Source of the DNA: an uncultured Bacteroidales bacterium
GTDB lineage: Bacteria > Bacteroidota > Bacteroidia > Bacteroidales > UBA7960
Assembly (NCBI GenBank): GCA_964624065.1
Contig: CAZUWF010000001.1
Coordinates: forward strand, 35,018 to 99,017
DNA: 64,000 bases
Reading direction: 5' to 3'
The notes beneath the pieces are model-generated. The model ran no database searches. It saw only the letters and a program-made list of their open reading frames with translations, and was not told the origin of the DNA. Position 1 is the stretch's first letter, and each line of letters begins with the position of its first letter. Both the position numbers and the translations under genes were made by a program. Shown piece after piece: positions 10,587-20,635 of this stretch.

Positions 10587-10675
10587 CCCTTTTTGGGCGA
10601 AAATTGACGCTTTTGTTGATTGATGCGAAAGAAAGTGAAAAGCGAATTAATTGTATGTGATGGTAATGTAACTAA

Positions 10676-10867
10676 TCACCAATTGCTTGATAGTAAGGTA
10701 CAATTGACTTTCGACTTTGGACTTTTTTGTTTACACTTCGGGTCTTTAGTGTTATTTTTCTTACATCTATCATCCATCATTTTCCATTCTTCATCAGTTG
10801 TAGCACTCAGTAATTCACGGGTTACTTTTTGGTATTCTATGGTCAACATCCACTTTTCAGCCTTCAC
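10676..10867 (-). CDS. hypothetical small Lys/Cys-rich protein (57-63 aa), uncertain
   Basis: This is the only ORF in the 418-nt divergent region. It has a GTG at 10867 or an ATG at 10849 (MLTIEYQKVTRELLSATTDEEWKMMDDRCKKNNTKDPKCKQKSPKSKVNC...). I recognise no family and see no clear -7 box. Confidence 0.25.
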   Translation of the reverse strand: MKAEKWMLTIEYQKVTRELLSATTDEEWKMMDDRCKKNNTKDPKCKQKSPKSKVNCTLLSSNW

Positions 10868-10908
10868 CCATTACTCACCACCATATTCAAACCAATTAAA
10901 TAATACCG

Positions 10909-10916
10909 TACCTTTG
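10909..10916 (+). promoter_or_regulatory. -7 box TACCTTTG for prfB
   Basis: An exact TACCTTTG lies 45-52 nt upstream of the prfB ATG at 10961. Confidence 0.5.
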
Positions 10917-10960
10917 CATCCACACTTATTCTCTGAAAACAATTAGCAATTACCAGTATT

Positions 10961-12050
10961 ATGGTTTACACCGACGACATTCAAGATATGGCAAAGAGGC
11001 TTGAGGCCTTGAGGAGGTTTCTTTGACATTGATAACCGTATAGAGCAAATCAAAAAAAAGACCAAAGAAAGCGAGCAGCCCGATTTTTGGAGCGACCCCA
11101 AGGCTGCCGAAGTCAAGCTTCGGGAGGTTAGCGAGCTTAAAAAATGGACTTCATCATATCAAAAGGCTCTCACGGAGCTTGAAGACCTTAGGATTCTCTT
11201 TTCGTTTATGGAGGCTGGTGAGGCCAGTGAAGGGGAGGTTGACCATCAGTTTAAGACCCTACAGAAGAGTATCGAGGGGCTTGAGTTTAAGAAAATGCTC
11301 GGCAAGGAAGAAGACAAACTCGGGGCAATTCTCAACATAAACTCTGGGGCTGGAGGAACCGAAAGCCAAGATTGGGCCGAAATGCTCATGCGAATGTACC
11401 TCCGATGGGGCGAGAAGAACAATTACAAGGTGAGGCTTCTTGACGAACAAGAGGGCGACGGTGCGGGGATAAAAAGCGCGTCGCTCGAACTCGAAGGGGA
11501 TTTTGCCTACGGATACCTCAAGGGCGAAAACGGTGTTCACAGGCTGGTGCGACTGTCGCCATTCGACTCAGCCAACCGTCGCCACACCTCCTTCGCATCG
11601 GTTTATGCCTATCCCGTTATCGATGACAATATTAACATAGAGATCAACCCTGCCGACATCAGTTGGGATACCTTCAGGTCAAGCGGTCCCGGCGGGCAAA
11701 ACGTCAATAAAGTCGAAACTGCTGTAAGGCTACATCACCAGCCAAGCGGTATAGTGGTTGAATGCCAAGAAACCAGGTCGCAGCTCCAAAATCGCGACAA
11801 GGCAATAATGATGCTCAAGTCCCAACTTTATGAAATAGAACTTCGAAAGAAAAGGGAAAAACTTGACGAAATGGAAAGCACCAAGAAAAGAATTGACTTC
11901 GGCTCGCAAATCCGAAATTACGTTTTTCACCCATACAAGCTCGTAAAGGATTTAAGAACGGGCGTAGAAACCTCCAACGTTCAAGGCGTTATGGATGGCG
12001 ATCTCGAAGATTTCATCAAAGCCTTCCTTATTCAATTTGGCGAAAGCTAA
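10961..12050 (+). CDS. prfB: peptide chain release factor 2, made by programmed +1 frameshift (10961-11023 joined to 11025-12050)
   Basis: Frame 0 reads [21 protein letters not shown] then TGA. Skipping T11024 gives [29 protein letters not shown]..., which is in frame with the 280-aa ORF 11208-12050. That ORF carries the SPF and GGQ motifs ([24 protein letters not shown]). Confidence 0.95.
11012..11027 (+). other. RF2 recoding site AGGAGG-ttt-CTT TGA C
   Basis: The SD-like AGGAGG (11012-11017) lies 3 nt before the slippery CTT (11021-11023). The in-frame TGA (11024-11026) is followed by C. This is the same architecture as the E. coli prfB site. Confidence 0.9.
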
Positions 12051-12347
12051 ACAAAAACCTACCCCCTCAGCCCCAAGAAATTGGCAAAGATAAGGCTTGG
12101 TAAAACCCACTAATTCAGCGATATGCGATTTTTACTTCATTTCATTCGCTGCAAAAGACCCTATTTGTTTTGGGTTCAATGGATTGGACAAAAATTGTTA
12201 AAAACTAAGGAATTTTGTTGAAAACATAACATTAAAAAAAAGGGTTTTGTGTTTTAATTTCGCTGCTGGATCGCTCAAGGTAAAAAAACCACTTACTTTT
12301 CCACGGGGCGAATCTATGATAATGCCATAAAACAAAACACTTTTGCG

Positions 12348-15017
12348 ATGGAGAGCCAATCTGCATTAGAGAAAGACAAACTGATGGAAGCAGAAAAGTT
12401 AACTAAGGCCAACTTGTACGGCGGATTGTTTGGAAATGTTGGCCAGGTAAGAGAAGGGCCTGCACAACCCGAAGCAATAAATGAGGCAGTACAGGGAACT
12501 AAGAAATACACCTTTGAAGAAGCTGTAGAGAAAACGGTAAAATATTTTAATGGCGACACTCTTGCCGCCAACGTGTGGGTAAACAAGTACGCGCTCAAGG
12601 ATTCGGAGGGAAACCTTTATGAGGCCACCCCAAATGAAATGCATTGGCGCATTGCACGCGAAATTGCCCGGATAGAAAAACACTACCCTAATCCGCTTGA
12701 CACCGAAACCATTTTCGGGCTGCTTGATCAGTTTAAGTACATAGTTCCGCAAGGAAGCCCCATGGCCGGAATCGGTAATAACTTCCAAATAGGTTCCTTG
12801 TCCAATTGCTTTGTTATTGGCAACAATGGCGAGGCTGACTCTTACGGGGGTATTATGAAGATTGACGAGGAGCAAGTGCAGTTAATGAAGCGCCGGGGAG
12901 GTGTTGGTCACGATCTTTCGCACATTAGGCCCAAGGGCAGTCCTGTTAAGAACAGTGCCCTTACTTCCACAGGATTGGTCCCCTTTATGGAAAGGTACTC
13001 AAACTCAACCCGCGAGGTAGCCCAAGACGGCCGCAGGGGTGCTCTCATGCTTTCGGTTTCTATAAAACATCCCGATGCCGAGGGTTTCATTGATGCAAAG
13101 ATGGAGCAAGGAAGGGTGACCGGCGCCAATGTTTCGGTGAAGATAACCGATGATTTCATGCAAGCGGTTAGAAGCGGCCAAACCTTCCGGCAGCAGTATC
13201 CCATCAATATCCACAACCCTAAATTTGTAAAAGAAACCAGTGCCGGCGATTTGTGGAAAAAGATTGTTCACAACGCTTGGAAATCAGCGGAGCCGGGCAT
13301 TTTGTTTTGGGATACCATTATCAGAGAGTCGGTGCCAGATTGTTATTCTGATTTGGGGTTCCAAACCGTTTCTACCAACCCCTGTGGCGAAATTCCTCTT
13401 TGTCCTTACGACAGTTGCAGATTATTGGCAATCAACCTTTTCGGGTATGTTAAGAGCCCATTTACCGCGAAGGCAAATTTTGACTTTGACCTTTTCGAAC
13501 AACACGTTGGTTATGCCCAGCGCATAATGGATGATATAATAGACCTTGAGTTGGAAAAGATTGATCGCATACTTGAAAAGATAAAGTTAGACCCCGAGGA
13601 TAGCGAAGTCAAGCACGTTGAAATTAACCTTTGGAAAAAGATTAGGGAAAAGTGCTTGGAAGGCCGACGTATTGGAATTGGAATTACAGCCGAGGGCGAT
13701 ATGCTTGCGGCGCTGGGCTACAGGTACGGCACCCCAGAGGCCACCGGCTTTTCGGTAAAAGTGCACAAGACCCTTGCTTTAGCCGCTTATAGGTCGTCTG
13801 TAAAACTGGCATCCGAACGAGGAGCTTTCAAAGTTTATGACAGCATCCGAGAGCAGAGCAACCCTTTCATACAAAGATTAAGAGAGGCCGATCCGCAACT
13901 TTATGATGAAATGCTGAAGCACGGCCGGCGCAATATAGCATTACTAACCATTGCACCCACCGGAAGTGTTTCGATCCTAACCCAAACAACCTCAGGCATT
14001 GAGCCTGTTTTTATGGTGGCCTACAAACGTCGCCGAAAGGTAAACCCCAATGACAAGAGCGTAAGGGTGGATTTTGTCGACGAGGTTGGCGACCACTGGG
14101 AAGAGTACAACGTGTTCCATCATAAATTCGTGGATTGGATGAATGCCAACGGGCACGATTCTGGTACTCTCGAGAGGATGAAGGACCACGAGCTACAAAA
14201 CATCATCAACCAATCTCCGTTTTACAGGGCCACAGCCAATGATATTGACTGGGTTGCAAAGGTAAAGATGCAAGGAGCCGTTCAGAAATGGGTTGACCAT
14301 TCAATTAGTGTTACGGTAAACGTTCCAAATGATGCATCGGAGGAATTGGTTGGGCAGATATACCAAACAGGTTGGGAATGCGGATGCAAGGGCATAACTG
14401 TTTACCGCGATGGGTCTAGGTCGGGTGTTTTGGTCAAAGACGAAAAAAAGGAGGCCGAAGTGTTATTCAAGGAAACCACAGCCCCGCCTCGCCCCAAGGT
14501 GCTGGAATGCGAAGTTGTTCGTTTCAGCAACGACTCAGAAAAATGGATGGCCATAGTTGGGCTGCTCGACAACAGGCCCTACGAGATTTTTACTGGAAAG
14601 GCCGAAGGCTTCTACCTGCCACCGTGGGTAGAAAAGGGCTGGGTAATCAAGAACAAAACAGAAAAAGGCAAAAAAAGGTATGACTTTCAATTCCAGGATT
14701 CCGATGGATATAAAATCACGGTGGAGGGGTTGTCAAGATCCTTCAACAAGGAGTTTTGGAATTACGCAAAGTTAATCTCGGGAATACTACGGCACGGAAT
14801 GCCTCTTCCTTTCGTGGTTGACCTGGTGGAAGACATGCACTTTGCCAACGATAACCTTCACACCTGGAAAAATGGAGTGGTACGGGCACTGAAGAAGTTT
14901 ATTGCCAACGGCACCAAGGCAAAGGGCAAGCTTTGTTCGAATTGCCAATCGGACTCCGTTGTTTTTCAGGAGGGATGCCTAACTTGTACCTCATGCGGTG
15001 AGAGCAAGTGCGGTTAG
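12348..15017 (+). CDS. nrdJ: adenosylcobalamin-dependent (class II) ribonucleoside-diphosphate reductase
   Basis: 889 aa with STNPCGEIPL, the active-site region, and a C-terminal Cys-rich tail (CSNCQSDSVVFQEGCLTCTSCGESKCG). An alternative start at Met13 (12384) is possible. Confidence 0.9.
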   Translation: MESQSALEKDKLMEAEKLTKANLYGGLFGNVGQVREGPAQPEAINEAVQGTKKYTFEEAVEKTVKYFNGDTLAANVWVNKYALKDSEGNLYEATPNEMHWRIAREIARIEKHYPNPLDTETIFGLLDQFKYIVPQGSPMAGIGNNFQIGSLSNCFVIGNNGEADSYGGIMKIDEEQVQLMKRRGGVGHDLSHIRPKGSPVKNSALTSTGLVPFMERYSNSTREVAQDGRRGALMLSVSIKHPDAEGFIDAKMEQGRVTGANVSVKITDDFMQAVRSGQTFRQQYPINIHNPKFVKETSAGDLWKKIVHNAWKSAEPGILFWDTIIRESVPDCYSDLGFQTVSTNPCGEIPLCPYDSCRLLAINLFGYVKSPFTAKANFDFDLFEQHVGYAQRIMDDIIDLELEKIDRILEKIKLDPEDSEVKHVEINLWKKIREKCLEGRRIGIGITAEGDMLAALGYRYGTPEATGFSVKVHKTLALAAYRSSVKLASERGAFKVYDSIREQSNPFIQRLREADPQLYDEMLKHGRRNIALLTIAPTGSVSILTQTTSGIEPVFMVAYKRRRKVNPNDKSVRVDFVDEVGDHWEEYNVFHHKFVDWMNANGHDSGTLERMKDHELQNIINQSPFYRATANDIDWVAKVKMQGAVQKWVDHSISVTVNVPNDASEELVGQIYQTGWECGCKGITVYRDGSRSGVLVKDEKKEAEVLFKETTAPPRPKVLECEVVRFSNDSEKWMAIVGLLDNRPYEIFTGKAEGFYLPPWVEKGWVIKNKTEKGKKRYDFQFQDSDGYKITVEGLSRSFNKEFWNYAKLISGILRHGMPLPFVVDLVEDMHFANDNLHTWKNGVVRALKKFIANGTKAKGKLCSNCQSDSVVFQEGCLTCTSCGESKCG

Positions 15018-15550
15018 GCCAGCATTGGCCCTTCGTTCCATCGGTTGAGATGAACCCTTTCGGGGTTGAAGTTGTGGTTTCGGGGCTTTTCCTCGTCGGG
15101 GTGTCCTATTGAAATCAGGGAAACGGGAATGATTTCCTTGGGAATACCCAGTATGCTTCTTATATCGTCAGTTCTTTCCTTGCGTGGGTGAACCCCAAGC
15201 CAAACAGCACCCAGACCAACGGAATGTGCGGCCAGGAGCAAGTTTTGCGTGGCCGCCGAACAAGCTTGCACCAAGTAACTTTCGATGTCCTCCAGGCTGG
15301 TGTCGCCACATACCAAAACTGCCAACCCTGCTTCCGAGAGCATTTTGCCGTACGGATGTGCCTGTGCCAATTCTTCAAGCAAGCTCTTTCGGGTTATTAC
15401 CAAAAAATGCCATGGCTGCCTGTTTCGTGCAGTTGGTGCGCTCATTGCCGCATCCAAAAGAAAATTAATCGTGGCGAAATCAACCCCGAGACCCGGTTTG
15501 TACTTTCTTATGCTTCTACGTTCGAAAATAATGTCAGATTTGGTTGTCAT
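15014..15550 (-). CDS. nitroreductase family protein
   Basis: 178 aa. RRSIRKY...PTARNRQPWHF is the classic nitroreductase N-terminal motif. Its stop overlaps the nrdJ stop (convergent, TTAG). Confidence 0.9.
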   Translation of the reverse strand: MTTKSDIIFERRSIRKYKPGLGVDFATINFLLDAAMSAPTARNRQPWHFLVITRKSLLEELAQAHPYGKMLSEAGLAVLVCGDTSLEDIESYLVQACSAATQNLLLAAHSVGLGAVWLGVHPRKERTDDIRSILGIPKEIIPVSLISIGHPDEEKPRNHNFNPERVHLNRWNEGPMLA

Positions 15551-15933
15551 GGATAATTAGTAATGAGCATTGGTACAGGATTGGAGAATTTAATTTGAAA
15601 ATCAGAAATAATAAGACAAAAGCCAAAAGTTGAAAGAAGCGATCTGTAATCAGTTAAACCTGTGTTAGGGTAGCCGATTGTGATTCTCGATTATTTATAG
15701 ACTTTGGGGCCGTCTGCTAGAAACAAAAATCCCACCTTGCCATGAAAACACTGATCCACAAAAAGGCACAAAAGCCTGATAACCTGTGGTCGTTTTTTGA
15801 TTAAACCTTGCACTTACATATTTGGGTGGTCGAAAGAGGACTTGCAAGACAGTCCCAAGCACCACTCACATAAACTTTTATCCCTTAATTTTTCTTGTGC
15901 CCGACTATCCAGCCGACAGCCAAAAAGACACTT

Positions 15934-17511
15934 CTATGGCAAATATACCCCTTCTCCCACACCGATTGGCAATTTGAGGCCATACCAAAGCAACATTAAG
16001 GCAATCCAGCCCAATAACAAAAAGAATGCATAAGGTAAAAGCATTGAAATGGTGGTTCCAATACCAACCTTTTTATTGTACTTGTGTATCCATCCTAACA
16101 ATAAGGGGAAGTATACGTATATTGGAGTGCAACAGTTTGTTATGGAGTCACCAATGCGGTATAAAAGCTGTACGAAGGCGGGACTGTAGTTTAGCTGGTA
16201 CAGCATCGGAATGAAAACAGGGGCAAAAATGGCCCACTTTGCCGATCCGCTGGCCATAAAGAGATTGATAAAGGCAACCAAAATAATAAAAAGCACAAAC
16301 AGGACAGGTCCGGTAAGACCGGTGGCCTTAAGCATTTCGGCACCGTTTATGGCAATAATCTTATCAAGGTTTGACCAGATGAAAAGGTTGATAAACTGCG
16401 CAACCACAAGCATCAGGACAATGTAGCCCGAAAGTTCTTTCATACCATGTTCCATTTGTTTCAAAACATCGTTGGGCTTTTTAATTGCTCCTGTTGCCTT
16501 GCCATAAAAAATGCCAGGGATTGCAAACATGAAAAACAACAACGGAACTAGGCCTCGCAGGAACGGTGATGGCACTATTCCTCCTGTTTCTGGGTCGCGG
16601 AGGGGAGCCCCTTCGGGAACAACTAGAAGAGCCACAGTAGCGAGGTACACAAAGAGAGAAATCCCCGCATTACGAAGCCCCCTTCTTTCGGCCTCCGACA
16701 AAACCGGCCTCTCCAAAGCAACTGTGGACTCATCGCCAGTAATTGCAATCTTGTTGCAGCGCGGGATGGTGTACCTCCTTGCAACAAAGCTTCCAACAAT
16801 GGCGATCATCAAGGTTGAGGCAATCATAAAATACCAGTTTGAAGTGGCACTAACCTCAATTGGGGGGGTTAAATTTTCCGTCACCTGAGTGCTTATGCCT
16901 GCAAGCAAGACATCTGTTCCGGCAATGAAAAAATTGGCGGTGAACCCAGCTGTAGCTCCTGCATATCCGGCAATTAACCCGGCTATGGGGTTAAAACCCA
17001 TTTGGGCAAAAATTAAGGCCGCAATAGGAGGAACAACCACCACACCTGCATCGGAGCCTATGTTTCCACAGGCACCTATTATGAAAATTACTGGTAAAAC
17101 CACCGGCTTGGGAACCGCAAAAGCAATATTGCGAAGCACCACGGTAAGCAAACCGCTCCGTTCGGCTATCGAAACACCCATCAACATTACCAAAACCATA
17201 CCGAATGGAGCAAAGGAGGCGAAATTATTCACCATATTTTCAACAAACCTTCTCAAACCATCTCCCGACATAAGGTTTTGGGCTTCAACCAACTTACCAG
17301 AGGCAGGATCGGTGGCACTTACTCCCACAAACGCAGTAATACCACTTACAATCACTATGAAAACGCAAATCCACAAGAACATCCAAAATGGATGTGGCAA
17401 CTTGTTGCCAATTTTCTCTATCCATAAAAGAAATCCCTTCGATTGTCCAACGTTACCATTTTCAGAGTCGTCTTGTGGCTGATCCTTTTCTTTTTGATTT
17501 TGGTTGTCCAT
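15934..17511 (-). CDS. abgT: AbgT family transporter (p-aminobenzoyl-glutamate transporter family)
   Basis: 525 aa, polytopic. The N-terminus ...FLLWIEKIGNKLPHPFWMF is typical of AbgT/MtrF. Confidence 0.9.
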   Translation of the reverse strand: MDNQNQKEKDQPQDDSENGNVGQSKGFLLWIEKIGNKLPHPFWMFLWICVFIVIVSGITAFVGVSATDPASGKLVEAQNLMSGDGLRRFVENMVNNFASFAPFGMVLVMLMGVSIAERSGLLTVVLRNIAFAVPKPVVLPVIFIIGACGNIGSDAGVVVVPPIAALIFAQMGFNPIAGLIAGYAGATAGFTANFFIAGTDVLLAGISTQVTENLTPPIEVSATSNWYFMIASTLMIAIVGSFVARRYTIPRCNKIAITGDESTVALERPVLSEAERRGLRNAGISLFVYLATVALLVVPEGAPLRDPETGGIVPSPFLRGLVPLLFFMFAIPGIFYGKATGAIKKPNDVLKQMEHGMKELSGYIVLMLVVAQFINLFIWSNLDKIIAINGAEMLKATGLTGPVLFVLFIILVAFINLFMASGSAKWAIFAPVFIPMLYQLNYSPAFVQLLYRIGDSITNCCTPIYVYFPLLLGWIHKYNKKVGIGTTISMLLPYAFFLLLGWIALMLLWYGLKLPIGVGEGVYLP

Positions 17512-17540
17512 ATATATTATGTTTAAAAAGTTCTGACCGG

Positions 17541-17548
17541 CAAAAATA
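17541..17548 (-). promoter_or_regulatory. -7 box TATTTTTG for abgT
   Basis: The plus strand reads caaaaata. It lies 30-37 nt upstream of the ATG at 17511. Confidence 0.45.
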
Positions 17549-17628
17549 TGAATTTTGTGAAATTATTCACCGGCTGGTTCAATATAATTTTAAAGCTAAT
17601 TCCATAGTTAGAGCTAGGATATTTTTAC

Positions 17629-17636
17629 TAATTTTG
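17629..17636 (+). promoter_or_regulatory. -7 box TAATTTTG for the carboxyltransferase/BCCP pair
   Basis: An exact TAnnTTTG match lies 29-36 nt upstream of the ATG at 17665. Confidence 0.5.
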
Positions 17637-17664
17637 AAAAATTTCTAACCTTTTCATATTACAA

Positions 17665-19257
17665 ATGCTGGTGCACCAAGATAGAGATTATCCTCAAAAT
17701 ACAGACAATGTGTCGATTAGACAAAAAACACTTGAGTTGAAGGAGCGTATGCAAGGCAAGCTGCAAGGCGGTGGCCAGAAGGCCATTGAGAAACAGGCTG
17801 CCCTAGGCAAACTTACCGCCCGTCAGCGCATTACATCCATTCTTGACCCCAATTCATTTCACGAATACGATCTTTTGGTTGAACACTCGGCAAAAGATTT
17901 CGATATGGACAAGAAAAGTCTTCCGGGCGATGGGGTTATTACGGGTACCGGGACCATTAGCGGGCATCCTGTATGTATTTTTGCGCAGGATTTTACCGTG
18001 GCTGGGGGCTCGCTCGGCCGAATGCACGCCGGCAAAATTACCAAGATAATGGATCACGCTATGAAGTTAAAGATTCCTTTAATAGGGATTAACGACTCCG
18101 GCGGGGCTCGCATTCAGGAGGGGGTAAACTCATTGGCGGGTTATGGAGAAATCTTTTATCGCAACACACAAGCCTCCGGTGTTATACCTCAAATCTCCGT
18201 AATATTAGGCCCTTGCGCCGGTGGTGCAGTTTATTCTCCGGCACTGACCGACTTTGTTTTCGTGGTTGAGAATATTTCCAAGATGTTCATTACCGGACCA
18301 GAGGTTATCAAATCGGTACTAGGCGAGGAAATAAGCATGGAAGACCTAGGTGGGGCAATTACCCACAGTGAAATAACTGGTAACGCACATTTCTATGCCA
18401 AAACCGAGCTGGAGTGCTTCGAGCAGATAAAAAAACTTTGTAGTTTCATACCCTGGAACAACACAAAAAAGGCGGCACCAGCCCCAAGGCAATCGCCCAA
18501 TTCACGCAAGTACAAGATTAGCAACATCATTCCAGCCGACCCTCGCGAGCCTTATGATGTAAGGGATGTGGTTAGGGCGATTGTTGACGACAGCGACTTC
18601 TTCGAAATCCATGAGCTTTTTGCGGCAAACATAGTCATTGGTTTCGGACGCATTAATGGCGAAACAGTTGGGTTTGTGGCAAACCAACCCCTGGTTTTGG
18701 CGGGCGTCCTTGATGTTGATTCTTCTGATAAGGCAGCCCGATTTATTAGGTACTGCAACGCCTTTGGCATTCCATTGGTAACATTGGTCGATTTGCCAGG
18801 GTACTTGCCGGGCATTGATCAGGAGCACGCAGGGGTAATTAGGCACGGCGCTAAGATCCTTTATTCTTACAGTGAGGCAACGGTGCCAAAAATCACCGTT
18901 ATCCTCAGAAAAGCTTATGGCGGTGGATATATCGCCATGTGCTCAAGGCACCTTTTGGCCGATTTCGTTTTTGCATGGCCAATTGCCGAAATTGCAGTTA
19001 TGGGCCCTGAGGGAGCCGCAAATATCATCTTCAGGAGCGAAATAATGAATTCAGAGAATCCCGACGAAACACGGGCTGCCAAGGTGGAGGAATACAAGAA
19101 GAAATTTGCAAACCCTTACATTGCGGCCGCCCATGGTTACGTGGATGCAGTAATCGAACCCGACCAAACAAGAGACTTCGTGGCTCACGCGCTTGAAATT
19201 TCGGTGCTCAAGTCAGAAAAAAATCCCGCAAAGAAACATGGATTGATTCCCTTGTAG
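17665..19257 (+). CDS. acyl-CoA carboxylase carboxyltransferase subunit (propionyl-CoA carboxylase beta / methylmalonyl-CoA decarboxylase alpha type)
   Basis: 530 aa. Motifs: KLTARQRI..LLD..SF.E, FAQDFTV.GGSLG, INDSGGARIQEG, RKAYGGGYIAM. Confidence 0.92.
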   Translation: MLVHQDRDYPQNTDNVSIRQKTLELKERMQGKLQGGGQKAIEKQAALGKLTARQRITSILDPNSFHEYDLLVEHSAKDFDMDKKSLPGDGVITGTGTISGHPVCIFAQDFTVAGGSLGRMHAGKITKIMDHAMKLKIPLIGINDSGGARIQEGVNSLAGYGEIFYRNTQASGVIPQISVILGPCAGGAVYSPALTDFVFVVENISKMFITGPEVIKSVLGEEISMEDLGGAITHSEITGNAHFYAKTELECFEQIKKLCSFIPWNNTKKAAPAPRQSPNSRKYKISNIIPADPREPYDVRDVVRAIVDDSDFFEIHELFAANIVIGFGRINGETVGFVANQPLVLAGVLDVDSSDKAARFIRYCNAFGIPLVTLVDLPGYLPGIDQEHAGVIRHGAKILYSYSEATVPKITVILRKAYGGGYIAMCSRHLLADFVFAWPIAEIAVMGPEGAANIIFRSEIMNSENPDETRAAKVEEYKKKFANPYIAAAHGYVDAVIEPDQTRDFVAHALEISVLKSEKNPAKKHGLIPL

Positions 19258-19292
19258 CGTTTCTTAAGACCAACTAACCCAAAAAAATCTAA

Positions 19293-19640
19293 ATGGAGAA
19301 TACAAACCAAACAATGCCTGATAATGCTGGGGGTTCAGCTCCCGAAGCATTGATGATTAACGGGGTTGTTTACAAGACCACTTTCAACAATAAGTACTCC
19401 AATCGCAAAACATACGAAAAACCAAACCCGAAAAAAATAAGATCTTTCATGCCAGGAACTATAAAGGGAGTATTTTGCGAAGCTGGGCAACATGTGGCAC
19501 CCGAAACCAAGTTGTGCATACTTGAGGCCATGAAAATGAAGAACATCATTTTTCCACCATTCGAGGGCATAGTCAAAGAAGTTTATGTGAAGCCTGGCCA
19601 ATTGGTACCTAAAAACCATGTATTGATAGAGTTAGAATAA
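19293..19640 (+). CDS. biotin/lipoyl attachment domain protein (biotin carboxyl carrier)
   Basis: 115 aa with the biotinylation motif ILEAMKMKN in a C-terminal hammerhead-type domain. Confidence 0.88.
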   Translation: MENTNQTMPDNAGGSAPEALMINGVVYKTTFNNKYSNRKTYEKPNPKKIRSFMPGTIKGVFCEAGQHVAPETKLCILEAMKMKNIIFPPFEGIVKEVYVKPGQLVPKNHVLIELE

Positions 19641-19703
19641 ATTTAATGCAAGACGGATCAAAATTTACTCAAACAATTTGGTTTAACTAAAAAACGTCCA
19701 ATA

Positions 19704-20633
19704 ATGAAGTACAACATTCTTGCGGTTTCTGTTTTGGTTGGCCTAATTGCCGTTGGCTGTGTGTCTGCCAAAAAATACAAAGAGTTGGAATCCAATTTCA
19801 ACACATTAATCAACGAGAACTTCGAGCTTAAGGGCTCACTGCAAAGTGCTGAAACCAACATTCAAGATTTGGGGACAAATGTTGCCAGCCTGAGACAGGA
19901 GGTAGCCCTTTTGAAGGTTGACACTGCTCGAATGGGAAACCAAATAAGATCGCTGACAGCCGAACTGGCAAGTAACAACAAGTTATTGTCGAGCCGTGAT
20001 AGAGAAACCAGGGACATTTTGGCAAGGCTGAAGTCTCGCGAGGAAGAAATAATTGCCAAGGAAGAAAACCTTAGAAGACTGATGCTCGATTTTGAGGACA
20101 AGGAGGCCAGGGTTAGAGAATTGGAGTCAATTTTGGAGCAACAGAAGGATGATGTAAATCAGCTGAGGAATGCTGTTTCAAGTGCCTTGTTTGGTTTCGA
20201 AAACAATGGACTAACCATCGAAATAAGGAATGGAAAGGTTTACGTTTCGCTTGAAGAAAGCTTGTTGTTTGCATCGGGTAGCACTACGGTTGACCGCCGA
20301 GGTCAGACCGCCTTAATCGAACTTGCAAAGGTATTGGAGGTAAATACCGAGATAAACATTATGATAGAAGGCCACACCGACGATGTTCCATTGAGGTCGG
20401 GAGGTGCCATTCGCGACAACTGGGATTTGAGCGTTTTGAGGGCAACAGCCATTGTTAGAATTCTTACTTCCGGTTCAAGGATCGACCCTCAAAGGTTCAT
20501 AGTGGCAGGTAGGGGCGAGTACATGCCTATTGACAATTCCAGAACCCCGGAGGCAAGGCGAAGAAACCGGCGAACCGAGATTATCCTAACCCCAAAACTC
20601 GACGCGTTGCTCCAGATGCTGGATATGAATTAA
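19704..20633 (+). CDS. OmpA family lipoprotein with N-terminal coiled coil
   Basis: The lipobox is LIAVGC. A long heptad-rich region precedes the OmpA/MotB C-terminal domain (EGHTDDVPL...NWDLSVLRA...NRRTEI). Confidence 0.9.
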   Translation: MKYNILAVSVLVGLIAVGCVSAKKYKELESNFNTLINENFELKGSLQSAETNIQDLGTNVASLRQEVALLKVDTARMGNQIRSLTAELASNNKLLSSRDRETRDILARLKSREEEIIAKEENLRRLMLDFEDKEARVRELESILEQQKDDVNQLRNAVSSALFGFENNGLTIEIRNGKVYVSLEESLLFASGSTTVDRRGQTALIELAKVLEVNTEINIMIEGHTDDVPLRSGGAIRDNWDLSVLRATAIVRILTSGSRIDPQRFIVAGRGEYMPIDNSRTPEARRRNRRTEIILTPKLDALLQMLDMN

Positions 20634-20635
20634 AC

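Noticed and set aside
12099-12108. GGTAAAACCC upstream of nrdJ resembles the GGUGAAAAUCC segment of cobalamin riboswitches.
   Set aside because: No B12 box (GCCACUG) or the other conserved stems follow. A B12 riboswitch on a B12-dependent RNR would also be atypical.
15014-15017. Some convergent genes overlap or abut with no room for terminators: nrdJ/nitroreductase (overlapping stops TTAG), mvk/TauE (6 nt) and GT paralog B/CaCA (9 nt).
   Set aside because: This is common in compact bacterial genomes and does not indicate a special mechanism on its own.
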